Shown: positions 50,250 through 63,632 of the stretch, one piece after another | How positions within the stretch are numbered: the first letter of the stretch is position 1 | Layout: each line of letters begins with the position of its first letter | Assembly: GCA_964016885.1 (NCBI GenBank) | Contig: OZ024750.1 | Span: 4,154,001 to 4,218,000 of the forward strand | Reading direction: 5' to 3' | DNA: 64,000 bases | Source: Eledone cirrhosa | Taxonomy: Eukaryota | Notes under the pieces: model-generated | What the model was told of the DNA's origin: nothing | What the model saw: only the letters and a program-made list of their open reading frames with translations | Database searches by the model: none | Program-made: the position numbers and the translations under genes

Positions 50250-52085
50250 ATATAGTGATATATATATATATTTATAGTGATATATATATTTATATAGTAA
50301 TATAGTGATATATATATATAGTAATATAGTGATATATATATTTATATGTTAATATGGTGATATTATATATATATATTTATATAGTAATATAGTGATATAT
50401 ATATTTATATGTTAATATAGTGATATATATATATATATATATTTATATAGTAATATAGTGATATATATATATATATTTATATAGTAATATAGTGATATAT
50501 ATATATAGTAATATAGTGATATATATATATAGTAATATAGTGATATATATATATAAAGTAATATAATGATATATATATATTTATATAGTAATATAGTGAT
50601 ACATATATATATATATATATGTGGGAGAGATGACACAGACAAATATATATTAAAAAATATATCAAAACAAAAAGGAAACCTTAAGAAGCAATACCTATTT
50701 TAGTATATACAATAACTATAGAAGTAGGTTAGCTGAAAAGGAAGCATTATGTTGGACAGAAAGCATTGAAACACTCAATACTGATATATCTGCTGTCTAA
50801 AGCCTATTAATATACACCAGATGTAAGTTGTTGAAGTTTTTCACATATATTTTCTATATTTTACTAGTTGCAATTTTAGTTCTTATTTCTTTATATATTT
50901 CATGTTCCTCCATTATTGTATATGTTGGCAGACTCGAAGTTTGGCCTGCAAATTCTGGATGGACTTTTGGAACTAAATCTTTTATTGCTGAAGTCTTTAT
51001 CATACCAAGTCTCTTTATTGAGAATAGAAAATACAATTCGGTAAACAGTAAACAAGAATCAGTACTAGGAGGACGATTATTCCTTTATATCTCTGTCTCA
51101 CTTTCCATCCTTCTCTGGAAGAAATCTTCCGAGTTCAGGCCTGGAGAGGGATGATACCAGTCTAATACTGGGGCTGATTCTTCCTCTCTATCTCACTTTC
51201 TATCCTTCTCTGGAAGAAATCAGCTGTATTCAGGCCTGGAGGGATGGGCTCTGCCAGGTTTAAAATGCCCTAGAGACTCCATATGCCACTAAGGTGCCCT
51301 ACGACCCTATCAGGAGTAGATGTAAAAGCGATGATGATAATATCTTGTATATAACTGGTAGGGTCCTAAAATTGACTTCCCGCTCTTCCAATAAGAAATT
51401 TCTATTATCTACTCCTAACCGCGAACATTTTCAAACTTAACATTAACTTCACTAACCTCACCCAACCTTTTTTCTGCCCTTCCATTCCAGGAGGCTTTCG
51501 CAGGCTGTGAGTATAACCCTTCCTCTTTCGACTAACAAGTAAAAGAAAAAAAGGTTGATTTAGAATAGTTATATATTGGAAAAACTTCGTGATCATACGT
51601 AGATCTTATCAAAAAGGTGTTAGGAGATAATATCAGTTTAGTAAAAAAAAAAAATGTGGATGGGTGTTATAGTATTGATAACAGTTAAACCAGAAACACT
51701 ATCATATTGCTGGGGTCTAGGGTGTAGCTGCACCCCCCAAAAATTGTTGTTAATCATTTTTAGCAGAAATTTAGTAATTTTTGTTGGAAAATTAGTCATT
51801 TTTGTCTGAAAATTAGTAATTTTTGTTAGAGAATTAGTCATTTTTGTTGGAAAATTATGAACGTCTGCACCCCGAAAATGATAGGAGCAATACATATATG
51901 GCTGGGAACAATTTTGTAAGTTACCCGTCTAGGATAGAAGTAAACAAGACAACTTGCAGAAAATAGTATGGGAATGACTTGTGTCAGAAAAATCCAAGTA
52001 GATCAGGTGTTGAGATTCCAGACAATATCTTCCTTCTGTATATAATTTGGATAACAAGAAGGTTATTGCCTGTCTAGTAGTTTAT

Positions 52086-52550
52086 TTAAACCTTTAGCAT
52101 TTAAACCAGCCATATCCGGCCAAAATTCTCTCACCTCTTTCTGTTCAAACTGGCTGTAACTGGCCGCTCATACAGATGTTAAGGTATTGTTCTCAAAGTA
52201 AATAACATCAAAATCTCATAGATTCGATATTATGTGAGATAATTATGTGAAGTAAAGCCTTTACCATGAAAATATAATAGTATATATAGAGTAATGTAAA
52301 TGCTAAAGGGTTAAGTTTTATAATTCTGAGTACAAATTCAATCAATGTTAGGTTACTTTAACTCTTTAGCATTTAAACTGGCCAAATCTGGTTAGAATTC
52401 TCTCATTTCTTTCTGTTTAAACTGGTATTAACTGGCCCCTCATTCTGATGTTAAGGTATTGTTCTCATAGATTCGATATTATATAAGGTAAAACTTTTAC
52501 GATGGAAATACAATAGTAAATATAGAGTAATGTAAATCGTAAAGGGTTAA
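52086..52550. mobile_element. Two tandem piggyBac-type MITE family 1 copies (52086-52314, 52358-52550)
   Basis: TTAA-bounded TIRs. Confidence 0.8.
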
Positions 52551-53106
52551 TGTTGCTATATGAAAGACTAGGATACAATATATTGTAAAAGATCTACCAA
52601 CTATAAACTAAATCTTTGAGTACAAGAAGGTTATGAAACGACTCAACAACAGAACCTTCTAGCTGTTCCACAGCTTCCCTTGCTTTCCATTTTTACTTTA
52701 TATATTCTAATGTTTATTTTGTATCCCGTTGGCCTTCCCAATTTAAAATTCTATTTTATTCTATAAAAAAAAATGTTTATTTTATATTCACTTATCGTCT
52801 ATTACTTTCGATATATATATATACATACACACATATATGTATATATACATATATAGTAAAGAGAGAGGAACACGGATATGGAACTATATGTGTTCAAATC
52901 ACAAAGGACAGAAACCACCAGGGCGAAGAAAATACTGACTAAAATAGTTTGTTCACAGAACTCAATTTGATTATAAGGGACCATTGTGAGTTTTTAACTC
53001 AATGTATATTATATATATATTGGAAAAATAAAGGGCAACAACAAGGAGTACAGTTAAAAAAGGAGCTAGGTATTAGGATATGCTTGAGAGTGGGGGGTAT
53101 ATATAT

Positions 53107-53310
53107 CATGTTTAATATAGGAATGGCTTCTACAGGACTAGAACTGTTTCATTCAACAGAAATTTTCAGGAAAGCTTTCCCGATGATTTCTTTTGAATGA
53201 AACAGTTCTAGTCCTGTAGAAGCTGTTTCTATAATAAACATGAGGCTTACACCTACTAATGTATTAAGTACCTTACTGTGGTTACCTCCAATGGAACTCG
53301 GGACTAACTA
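53107..53310. mobile_element. Hammerhead-bearing foldback element family P4
   Basis: Spacerless inverted repeat 53107-53241 centred on gaaagctttc; homologue 63450-63600 and fragment 58941-58990. Confidence 0.7.
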
Positions 53311-53379
53311 CACACGTGCACAAGCATAGCTCTTTTTACAAAACGTTTTTTTTTCTATTTCAAGTAGACGTGCTCCAAC

Positions 53380-53656
53380 ATCCACTTTTCTAAAAAATAA
53401 ATCATTCACAAAACGCCAACACCAACAGTTTTGCAAGAGATGTCAACATGAATGGACCTGTTATTTTTATCTACAGACATTTTTTCCAATTCCAACCTGC
53501 CCGTCCCCTCAATCTTTCTTATTTCTCATTCTTTCTTCTGATGAAGGACTAGCGTCAGAAACGTTAAGACCCTCTTCGCTATATTAAGCGTCAACCTAAT
53601 ATATCCCTTCCATACATATACTGTACCAATTCTGTTTTTATTTCTGTTTACCTTTT

Positions 53657-53660
<4 letters not shown>
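53380..53660 (+). mobile_element. Penelope-like remnant family P1; hammerhead at 53534-53569
   Basis: tctt-CTGATGA-a-ggac-tagc-gtca-GAAAC-GTT-aaga; homologous to 12314-12592. Confidence 0.7.
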
Positions 53661-53698
<38 letters not shown>

Positions 53699-54266
53699 GT
53701 ATATGAAAAAATTCAAATGTATATGTATATAAACACTTGATGTATATATGCATTCACAAAAGACAGGCAACTAAAACTCGACACCTCAATATAATAGTTA
53801 CAGAGGTAGACACATAGACACAATCTCATTAACTATTTCACTACTGATAACTCCAGAAAAAGAACTGAACGTTATGTATGGAATATTTCCAAAAACAAAT
53901 TCTTCATTTTATTCTCTCTCTCTTTCTTTCTTTCACCTTTAGGATTCCTAACTGCAAATTGTTTCTTGAAATTTCTGAAAACTATTGTTGGTAAATTTCT
54001 CCAAGAAGCAATACCTATGAAACTAAACTTCCAAGAAATTCTTTTATCTCATACAAGTTATATTACAGAGGGTAATGGTATATAAGGTTATATTACAGAG
54101 GATATTGGTGTGTGTGTGGATATATATATATATATATATATATAATCAAGCCAAAATTAGTTTCCATATGAGCAAGACAAGGTCACCCAGCCTGGCATTG
54201 TCCATAACAGGACAACCTGTCTAACCCATGCTAGCGTGGAAGAATGGATATAAAACGGTGATGATG

Positions 54267-54356
<90 letters not shown>

Positions 54357-54672
54357 ACAGTTTGATGGTGGTATGAATTGCAAAGCTGTGAAAATAACAG
54401 TCAACAAGATGATGTAAAATGGAATAATATTTATTCAAACCTGTCTTCATGGAGTCGTTACTCAGAGTTTTTTGTTATCAATCCTCCTTAAGCAACTGAC
54501 ATTGAGAAACTCTGAGTAGTGATTCTTGGAGACATAGCTTTGAATATACATATTACATATGTGTGTGTCTGTGTGTGTGTATGACTGTGTGACCGTGTGT
54601 GTGTATGTGTGAGAGTGTGTGTGTATGTATATATATATATATGTATGTGAATGAGTGTGAGTATGTATGTGA

Positions 54673-54704
<32 letters not shown>

Positions 54705-54921
54705 GTATGAATGTGAGTATGTATGTGAGTGAGTGTTTGTGTGTGTGTGTGTGTGTGTATGTATGTGAGTGAGTGTTTGTGTGTGAGTGTGTAGGTGTGT
54801 ATCTGCATCTCTTGAGAAGCAACCAAAGGGTTTAGTGACAAGAGGAGAGACACTTGGTTGTAAAACATTGCCTCAAAATGTCCTGTCCAACCCATGCCAG
54901 TATGGAAACGTCAATGTAAAA

Positions 54922-55056
54922 ATGATGATGATGGTGATGATGGTGATGATGATGATGATGATGATGGTGGTGGTGATGATGATGGCGATGATGATGATGA
55001 TGGTGATGATGATAATGATGATGATGGTGGTAATGATGATGATGATGATGATGGTA

Positions 55057-55106
<50 letters not shown>

Positions 55107-55121
55107 AATGATGATGATGAT
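54922..55121. repeat. (GAT)n expansion of an RTE-type tail
   Basis: Follows ctgtccaacccatgccagtatggaaa..gtaaaa. Confidence 0.9.
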
Positions 55122-55332
55122 ATATTGATTTAAAGATTTTAATCATAGACAGTCAAAGAAATCTCAGCTGCTGAGAAAAAGCTTGGAAGAAGACATTCAA
55201 AATTCAGTTTTATTTAATAGACCACATAATTACTTCTCTTTATTTTTTTCTTCATCTTTTATATCTAACAGTTGTATACTATCACAGTCTCTTGGTGCCG
55301 TCTGTGATTGCTATCATTACAGATGATAATCT

Positions 55333-55510
55333 TGGCAGTATCGGTAGAGGTTTGGACGCCATGCTTTCTAGCATAGTTACGTCCTTGTACAGTCTGAGTT
55401 CAAATCCCACCGAGGTTAACTTTGCCTTTCATCCTTATGGGATTGATAAAATAAAGTACCAGTAATGTACTGGGTAATTGCAGGCCTTGTGTCAAAAGTA
55501 GAAACAATTA
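55333..55510 (+). mobile_element. SINE A
   Basis: Family consensus. Confidence 0.85.
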
Positions 55511-56051
55511 TTAACAATATATAGTGTTAAGTATTTACAAACAATAATTTATAATTAATTCAGACTACACCATATAAATCTAGGGTTCAGAGATAGATTT
55601 TTTTTCAAATTTTCTATTAGCTTTTGATCTGTATAAAAACATATTTATTAGGGTTTAGAAAAATAAGCTGATTTATATAGTGGCCTTTGAAGGATATATT
55701 AGATATTTTCATTAGGATATTTAGAAAGATAAGCACATTCTTTAAAAGAATGTAGAACATCTAAGAGATAGAATAGAAGACTGTTTTGAAGATTAAAAGT
55801 GAAGTCAATGCTGATTCAAACAAGACAGATATGTTCTGTGTCAAGTCAGCTTCATAATGACACCAACATAACTATTTAAAAAAAAAGAAGATATTTTTGC
55901 TTGGTGAGTTGAACTTAACACAGGGTCAGATAGTGGATCAGATTATTAAGATTACTGTGTATTTTTAACCTTCATTCATTAAGGGCAAAAAAAAAAAAAT
56001 GTAAAGCAAATGAATGGTAAAATCACACACACACACACATATATATATATA

Positions 56052-56390
56052 TTAATTAAACATACGGTATATTGCCAAATATACTATACATACATTCATG
56101 TATACATCGCTATTTCAGAGTTCTAATCCTAATACCTAATTTTTGCTGGACCGGCAATCGCTCTGTATAATCAGCTCCTGATTATTACTGGAATTCTATA
56201 AGAATCCAGCTTCTTTAATTTTTGGCAAAAGCAAGGGAGTACGTGGCTCTGATGAATGCCAAACAGCGTGAAACAGAGTGTCAGCTTCTCTCCCTTCTTT
56301 CGCCGAAAAGAAGTGACATAGTCACTACTTTAAAACTGATATTGTAAGGTCTTCTAAATGTTTTTAATTAAACATACGGTATGTTGCCAA
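56052..56390 (+). mobile_element. Terminally redundant 312-bp unit family P6; hammerhead at 56245-56286
   Basis: Direct repeat ttaattaaacatacggtat.ttgccaa at 56052 and 56364; ggct-CTGATGA-atgc-caaaca-gcgt-GAAAC-agagt-GTC-agct. Confidence 0.65.
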
Positions 56391-56392
56391 CT

Positions 56393-56792
56393 ACCTTTCT
56401 CTCCGGACAACAATTGATTCCCTTCTTTAAGTATCACTTTAGAAGGAGAATCAGAGTGGAGAGAGAGGCACTGCACCCCAGTAAATTTACTGAAAGGTGG
56501 GTGAATGAAGCGAAAATGGCCCGAGTGATTGGGCCTTCTCTGTTTATAAGCCTGTAGGAAAGGAAGAGAGCAAAAGGAAGAAAGGAGTACTTGCACAACA
56601 CACTCCTGAAGTTGAGGGTTGTTCTATCGACGAGGTATTAAACAACCCATTTGTAGCGCCTCTCCCCTATTGGGGATTTCGATTGTTATAATTGTTTGTT
56701 TCAATAATTTTATACGACTGTATGTAAAATCCCCGGCATGTGACTTTGTATTGTGCCCTTTTCTTGAGCGCCCTTGTGGCAAATAAAGAAAT
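56393..56792 (+). mobile_element. L1/Tx1-type LINE 3' end
   Basis: TFLSGQQLIPFFKYHFRRRIRVEREALHPSKFTERWVNEAKMARVIGPSLFISL* (56393-56557), 3' UTR ending cccttgtggcaaataaagaaat. Confidence 0.7.
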
Positions 56793-56814
56793 ATATCTAT
56801 CTATCTATCTATCT

Positions 56815-56934
56815 ATAGTTATGTAATAAACAACCTAAGGCAATTACATTTATTACATAACTATTAAGCTTTGTTACCTATATAGAGCACTCTTTTTTCC
56901 TGGACCTTTCCCACGGAATTACTTCATTTCATTT

Positions 56935-56935
<1 letters not shown>
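56815..56935 (+). mobile_element. Foldback family P7, second copy
   Basis: Homologous to 6824-7020 with a different inversion breakpoint. Confidence 0.65.
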
Positions 56936-56990
<55 letters not shown>

Positions 56991-57202
56991 AAAAGAAATT
57001 GAGAATGCAACTGGTGTCTTTTAAGAATATTTATTTATTTACTAAATTCACATAATTAATTTTTTTTATATTTCTGTGTCTCACTTATGTACAATATGTA
57101 CGGGTCTCACATTTCATCAAGTGCTCAGGAGAGGTTGTCATGTCTTTCACACAACCGAGAGTCCAAATAAGACAAACACAGATGCAAAAACACAAAGTTT
57201 TA

Positions 57203-57382
57203 TTAGTATCATGCTTAGGAGGAAGTGAAAGAATGCACTTATAGAGCAAGATTTAAACTAGATGTTGACATACTCCGCAAACTAAATAACCTATGTATCA
57301 AATTTGAACGAAATTGGATGGAAACTGTGGAAATGCATTGAGTACAGACAGACAGACATTTTTGTTTTTATATATATATAGA
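57203..57382 (-). mobile_element. Probable non-autonomous Helitron
   Basis: Minus strand a|TCTATATATATATAAAAA..(gtct)n..catccaatttcgttcaaatttg.. ending CTAA|t. Confidence 0.5.
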
Positions 57383-58100
57383 TTTATTTTGTTTGTTTTT
57401 TGTAGTTTATCAGATCAGTTATGAGATACAAAACTATGTATTCTAAGTAAACCTCATATCTCTGTATGATGTTGAAGTGAATTTTTTTCTAACCTAAACA
57501 ACAATACTCTACTGAATGGCTAATCCTGAATCAGTAAGTCTAGTGGTTGGTTATCAGCCATGCTAAATATGGCTGCATCTTATGATTGCAGGCACCACTT
57601 ATTTATTATTTAAGTCAACAGCTTTCTCAGCCTGACATTGAACTTGTTCTTAATGTTTTTATGTGTTGTTATTGTTGTTCTCGTTGTTGTAGTTTTGTAG
57701 TTGTTGTTGTTGTTGTTGTCTGTCTGGTATAAAAGTGTAAAAGTGATGCTGCCTCTCCACACACTGGCACTTATCTAGCGCAGGTATTTATATATTAATG
57801 AATTCACATTGACAGAAACTACAGACACACATACACACACACATACACACACACACACATACAGACACACAGACAGACACACATACACACATACAGACAC
57901 ACAGACAGACACACATACAGCCACACATACAGCCACACATACAGACACACATACAGACACATACAGACACACATACAGACACACATACAGACACACATAC
58001 AGACACACATACAGACACACACACAGACACACACACAGACACACTCACATGTCTGTGTGTACATATATACAGAAACACATATACATATTTATATATAATA

Positions 58101-58291
58101 TAATTGTTTCTACTTTTTGGCACAAGGCCAGCAATTACCCAGTGTATTACAGGTACTTTATTTTATCGACCCCGTAAGGATGAAAGGCAAAGTTAACCTC
58201 GGCGGGATTTGAACTCAGAATGGCAAGGGCCGTAACTCTATGCGTCAAAGCATGGCGTCCGACCCTCTACCGATACTGCCAATCGACCACC
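58101..58291 (-). mobile_element. SINE A
   Basis: Family consensus. Confidence 0.85.
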
Positions 58292-58655
58292 TTTATATTT
58301 ACATATAATATAATATAATATATATAGACATACATATATCATTATCATCATCACCATTTAGCATCCATTTTCCATGCTAGCATATACTATATATATACAC
58401 ATACATATATACGCATATACACTTACATATATACATATGCACACACACACATACATACATATATATATATAAAAATAAGGGTTAGGAAGGTGAGGCTGTG
58501 TGGTTACTGATAACTAGTGTTAGAAGGTAAGGGGATACAAACAAGAGATGAAAAGTTTCCCTTCGTCAGCTGTTTACTACTGGTCATGGATGTTTCGGTG
58601 CATTATAAACAGAACAACGATCCGTAGCGATCCCATATATATATATATATATATC

Positions 58656-58930
58656 ACCGGGTGATGTGTTGTTTCCTTGAGCAAGACACTTTATTTCACA
58701 TTGCTCCAGTTTACTCAGCTGTAGAAATGAGATGATAGGGACTGGGGTCCCTATCATTCCACTGCAAAGTGGTCGTGAAGGTGCCACGGCAAAAAAGCAC
58801 CCAGCACTCACTGTAAATGAGGTTGGTGTTAGGAAGGGCATCCAGCTGTAGACATCAAGCCAGAATCAGTTCCCGTCCCACCCTTGCAAGCAGGGAAAAG
58901 CGGACGTAAAATGATGATGATGATGATGAT
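58656..58930 (+). mobile_element. 5'-truncated SINE B
   Basis: CORE through RTE tail type 1. Confidence 0.85.
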
Positions 58931-58987
58931 ATATATATATATGATGATTTCTAAAGAATGAAACAGTTTTAGTCCTGTAGAATCTCA

Positions 58988-59034
<47 letters not shown>

Positions 59035-59242
59035 GAGGGAGGTGAAGGTGCATGGCTTTTTAGATCATCTAGAAACACCAACCTTTTATTGTTTTAAACA
59101 GAGGTATACACATCCTCCATTGCTGTATTCTGAGGTAAACTACTCAAACTAGAAGGTACAGTACTTTGTAACATACCATTTCTGTGTTGGTTCTTTTGCC
59201 TCAAGTTGACTTATATCGATCACCTCTATTAGACTCACATGC

Positions 59243-59402
59243 AGAGGCACATGACCTAGTGGTAAGGGTGTTGGACTTACAATCATAATGTCATGAGTTT
59301 GATTCCTGTGATGGACTGACATCCTATCCAGGGGAAGTATTGTACTCTCAGTCACTTCATGCCACAGAAACTGGAATAAATACCAGCCTAATGAGCTTCA
59401 AG
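59243..59402 (+). mobile_element. tRNA head joined to Nin/Deu-like domain
   Basis: gaggcacatgacctagtggtaag, gagtttgattcc, cctgtgatggactgacatcctatccagggg; matches 30363-30470. Confidence 0.55.
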
Positions 59403-60765
59403 TCTTCTACTGCATAAATAACTAGGTTCTTTAACCCTTTAGCATTTAAACGACCATATATGGCCAGAATTCTCTCACCTCTTTCTGTTCAAACTGGCTG
59501 TAACCAGCTGCTCATACTGATGTTAAGGTATTGTTCTCAAAATAAAAAAAAACTAAATATGAGCTGCTGTGGTTATTAAAAGTGGTGCTTTAGTTGTTGC
59601 CATTTTAGTTTGAATTTTTACTAGTTTTTTCTTTACTTTATAATTCTCAAATTTTTGTGTAAAACTTTGTAACATGGTTCCATAGAATACTGCATCAACG
59701 AGAACTTTGAACCACATTAATGGTACCTCCTTGATTTTGCTAGCTTTTGAGAACATTAGGAACTCTCTTGTGAAATTCAGAAAAATGTAATTCCTTCCTC
59801 TATTGTTTGTTTTCATTTTGCAATGAATACATTCAACAGCAAATCTATATATTGCTGAATTTTATCGATTTTATTGCAGACACTTCCGTTCACAATATTT
59901 TTTTTAACCCTTTCATAACCACATTTCTAATGAAAGACACTTCCTGTGACTTTTAAATTATTTTGAAAATACTCAAGAATTTGGAGAGATTTAGTAATAT
60001 GACTAACTTTCTAATTTTTAAATTTACAGAGAACTTACAAGATATTGTTATTGACAGCCCAGCATCTCTCCATATGCCACATTTCTTTGTCACCTCTTCT
60101 ATGAGTCTCAAGCATACATATGTAACCATTTTTTAAAAGTATAAATGACTACATCATATTAAAAGAAAACAAAACAAGTCCTTCCTACAATACTATTAAT
60201 TTTCATAAAAATCTGTTCTTTAACTAGTGAACACCATAAACATTTGAATAAATGAATCCATTTTGAAACATTTTCTAGTAAATCATTACAAGACAAGGCG
60301 GTTGACTTGGAACATTTTCAATGAACTGTAAAGAATAAATTCCCATTTTTTTTCTATTAAAAACAAATCTGTCTGTGTTTACAAAACATTTTAAGGATTG
60401 GATAGGATTGCTGTGTCCTCATTACTACCACAGCTTTAGCAACACCTCCTCCCTCTACAATATTTGTAATCATTTTGATTCATGGATAAATGCAAATGGC
60501 TATCATGCAAAAATATATACACAGTTAAAAACAATGTTCCACCCCATCATGTCCTACCCCACATAATTGATGTTTAAATATTCTGATGTTTAAATATTCT
60601 GAAGCCTTTCATTGATAAAAGGAATCAAATCTTTTTTCATTAAATAATCCTGGAAGAAAACTTCATGTAAATGAGGCTCTATGAAATAAGACCAACCACA
60701 GCAAACAACAACAAGAGCACTAAGTTAGTTTCCTCTTTCAAATATAACTTTTAATATTGGTTATT

Positions 60766-60980
60766 TTAACCCTTTAGCATTTAAACCAGTCATATTCTCT
60801 CACCTCTTTCTGTTCAAACTGGCTGTAACCAGCCACTTATTATGATGTTAAGGTATTGTTCTCAAAATAAATAATATGAAAATCTCATAGATTCGATATT
60901 ATGTGAGATAAATATATAAGATAAAGCCTTTGCCACGAAAATATAATAGTAAATATAGAGTAATGTAAAGAAAGGGTTAA
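60766..60980. mobile_element. piggyBac-type MITE family 1 (half copy also at 59430-59545)
   Basis: TTAA-ccctttagcattta ... aaaggg-TTAA. Confidence 0.8.
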
Positions 60981-61459
60981 AGAACCTAGTTATTTATACA
61001 GTAGCAGAAGACTAAGAAAAACCTGGGCAGAAGTGATTAGAGTTGATCACAAAATGCTGAACATATGACAGAAGAAATTATAAAGGAATGCTATGAGTGG
61101 AGCAAAGAAAGGACACATCCAGCCCATGCTAGCATGAGATAAAACCCCCACACCACATGACTGTGAAGTCAACTTTTTAAACCACACTGTCATGCCTGTA
61201 CCTACAAATGTATACATGTAAAAAAAAAAACCAAAGGTGCAAGTGTGTATGTGTCTGTGTGAAAGTATGTACGTGTGTGTGAAAATATGTATGTGTGTGT
61301 GTGAAAGTATGTATGTGTCTGTGAAAGTATGTATGTGTGTGTTAATAATTATGTGTTGCTTCACAGGATATGACGTAAATTCATAATACTGACTTCTCTG
61401 ATAATAATAATAATACAATTATAATAATAGTACTAATAATAATAGCAATAGCAATAATG

Positions 61460-61912
61460 TTTTCTTTATTAACCACAAGGGTTCACACAAAGTAGACATT
61501 AAGGACAGTACAGGACAATACAGGACGGTACAAATGGGCATTTCTGCGTGTAAAAAAACCCCCCAAAACAGAGGATGTAATAAAAGAACAATGAAAAATT
61601 CCCCAATAGTGGGGAGACTTCCGAGGGCCATCGTGGGAGAAAACCCATTAAAAAAAAGCCACGGTGACCCTGACCACCAGGGCAATTGTCCTCTCCCAGT
61701 TTTCCACCTTCAATTACTCAGAGTAGGTCCACTCACTCGGGCCATTCTTGCCTCTCTCACCCATCTTTCAACAAAAATAGTAATAATAATAATGCTTTCT
61801 TTATTAACCACAAGGGTTTACATAAAGTAGACATTAAGGACAGTACAGGACAATGCAGGACGGTACAAATGGGCATTTCTGCATGTAAAAAACAAAATGA
61901 GAGGATGTAACA
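61460..61912 (-). mobile_element. L1/Tx1-type 3' end (61460-61777) plus second copy of its terminal 115 bp (61795-61912)
   Basis: FVERWVREARMARVSGPTLSN* parallels 56490-56557; ends cccttgtggttaataaagaaa. Confidence 0.7.
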
Positions 61913-62199
61913 AAAATAATAATACTACTACTACTAATAATAATAATAACACAATGATTATGAGAGCAATTATTTTAATATACTAGTTTTTCTTTTCATT
62001 CATAGTTGACAAGAATGACTGGTTTGTGTGGAAGGAAAGATAAAATGATAAAAGAAAGGAAATAAGAAAAAGAATGTTTAATAAGAAGATTATATCTACA
62101 GAATGTTAAAGGAGAGTATGTAATGCACTCCTGTACACTCACTCATCCATATATATATATGTGTATATATATATATATGTACATATATATGTGTATGTA

Positions 62200-62235
<36 letters not shown>

Positions 62236-62438
62236 AGGTAAACAGAAATAACAACACAATCGGTACATATATATATGTATGTATGTATGTACATCCACTC
62301 CTACACAGACACACACACACACGTATGTATGTATGTATGTATGTATGTATGTATGTATGTATGTATGTATGTATGTATGTATGTATGTATGTATGTATGT
62401 ATGTATGTATAACCACTCCTACACACACACACATATAC

Positions 62439-62470
<32 letters not shown>

Positions 62471-62613
62471 GTATGTATGTACATTCACTCCTACACACAC
62501 ACATACATATATATATATATGTATGTATGTACATTCACTCCTACACACACACACATATATATATATGTACACTCACTACTACATATATATATATCTACAC
62601 TCATTCACTCCTC

Positions 62614-62656
<43 letters not shown>

Positions 62657-62720
62657 TGTATATGTACACTCACTCCTCCACACACACATATATACATACA
62701 TACATACATACATACATATC

Positions 62721-62753
<33 letters not shown>

Positions 62754-63155
62754 TCACTCCTACACACACACACACACATATATATATATATGTATATATA
62801 TACATATATACATATATACGAGCAAGAGGACCAATCTTGCCTCACGTGGGACAATTCCCATCTAACCCATGCTAGCGTGGAAGATAGACGTTAAACGATG
62901 AGGATGATGATGATGATGACACACACATATATACATACACATACATACACACAGCCACACACATATACACACAAAGTCAGAGCTACCTTTGCATATGTGT
63001 ATGAGTGCATGTGAGGCCTGTCATTAAGCTTTGGAGCACTGAGGTGGGATGGGTGTGTGGGTGGTTTCAGAAGATCATGCGTGGGCACTTGTTTTCAAAG
63101 AATGTACTTTACAACACTTTTTTTTATAAGCTTTATTTTCTAAATTTGAGGTGTG

Positions 63156-63294
63156 TATGGGTGGGGGGTGGGAGAACTGCAACGACACCCCACCTTCATC
63201 CAGTGCATGTGTTTATATATATATATATATATATAAACACATGCACTGGATAAAGGTGGGGGTGTCATTGCAGTTCTCCCACCCCCCACCCATA
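63156..63294. repeat. Near-perfect palindrome, about 60-bp arms, (TA)n centre
   Basis: tatgggtggggggtgggagaactgcaa..gcatgtgttta(ta)n taaacacatgc..ttgcagttctcccaccccccacccata. Confidence 0.9.
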
Positions 63295-63378
63295 TTTATA
63301 CTCCAGTCCTATAAACTGTTGAGTGCTACTTATCCGATATTTGCATTGCTTTATTGTGCTACAATAAAACTCACCTCC

Positions 63379-63434
<56 letters not shown>

Positions 63435-63449
63435 TGGATAGATAGATAT

Positions 63450-63592
63450 GTTTATCCCGAGTTCAATCTGGGGTAACCACAGTAAGTCAGCTACTCAATA
63501 CAGAGTATAGAAATGGCTTCTATAGGACTAGAAAGCTTGTGGCTTTCCTGATGATTTCCTCCGAATGAAACAGTTCTAGTCCTGCAGAAGCC

Positions 63593-63600
<8 letters not shown>
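63450..63600. mobile_element. Family P4 copy; hammerhead fold at 63541-63592 (+)
   Basis: ggctttc-CTGATGA-tttc-ctcc-gaat-GAAACAG-ttctagtc-CTGCA-gaagcc; other copies have CTGTA. Confidence 0.65.

Positions 63601-63627
<27 letters not shown>

Positions 63628-63632
<5 letters not shown>

Larger units (their letters stand above)
48950..50620. repeat. (TA)n-derived satellite with gtaatatagtga spacer, split by element P3
   Basis: Direct reading. Confidence 0.9.

Noticed and set aside
50828-51154. 108-aa and 60-aa ORFs in unique sequence; ETW..GG pattern in another frame
   Set aside because: No recognisable domain; resemblance to a LINE endonuclease is too weak
54787-55146. Poly-M, poly-H and poly-D ORFs
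   Set aside because: (GAT)n expansion of a retroposon tail
58555-58602. GAAAC..CTGACGA arrangement (minus) resembling a type II hammerhead
   Set aside because: Cleavage triplet reads GAC and stem I is broken
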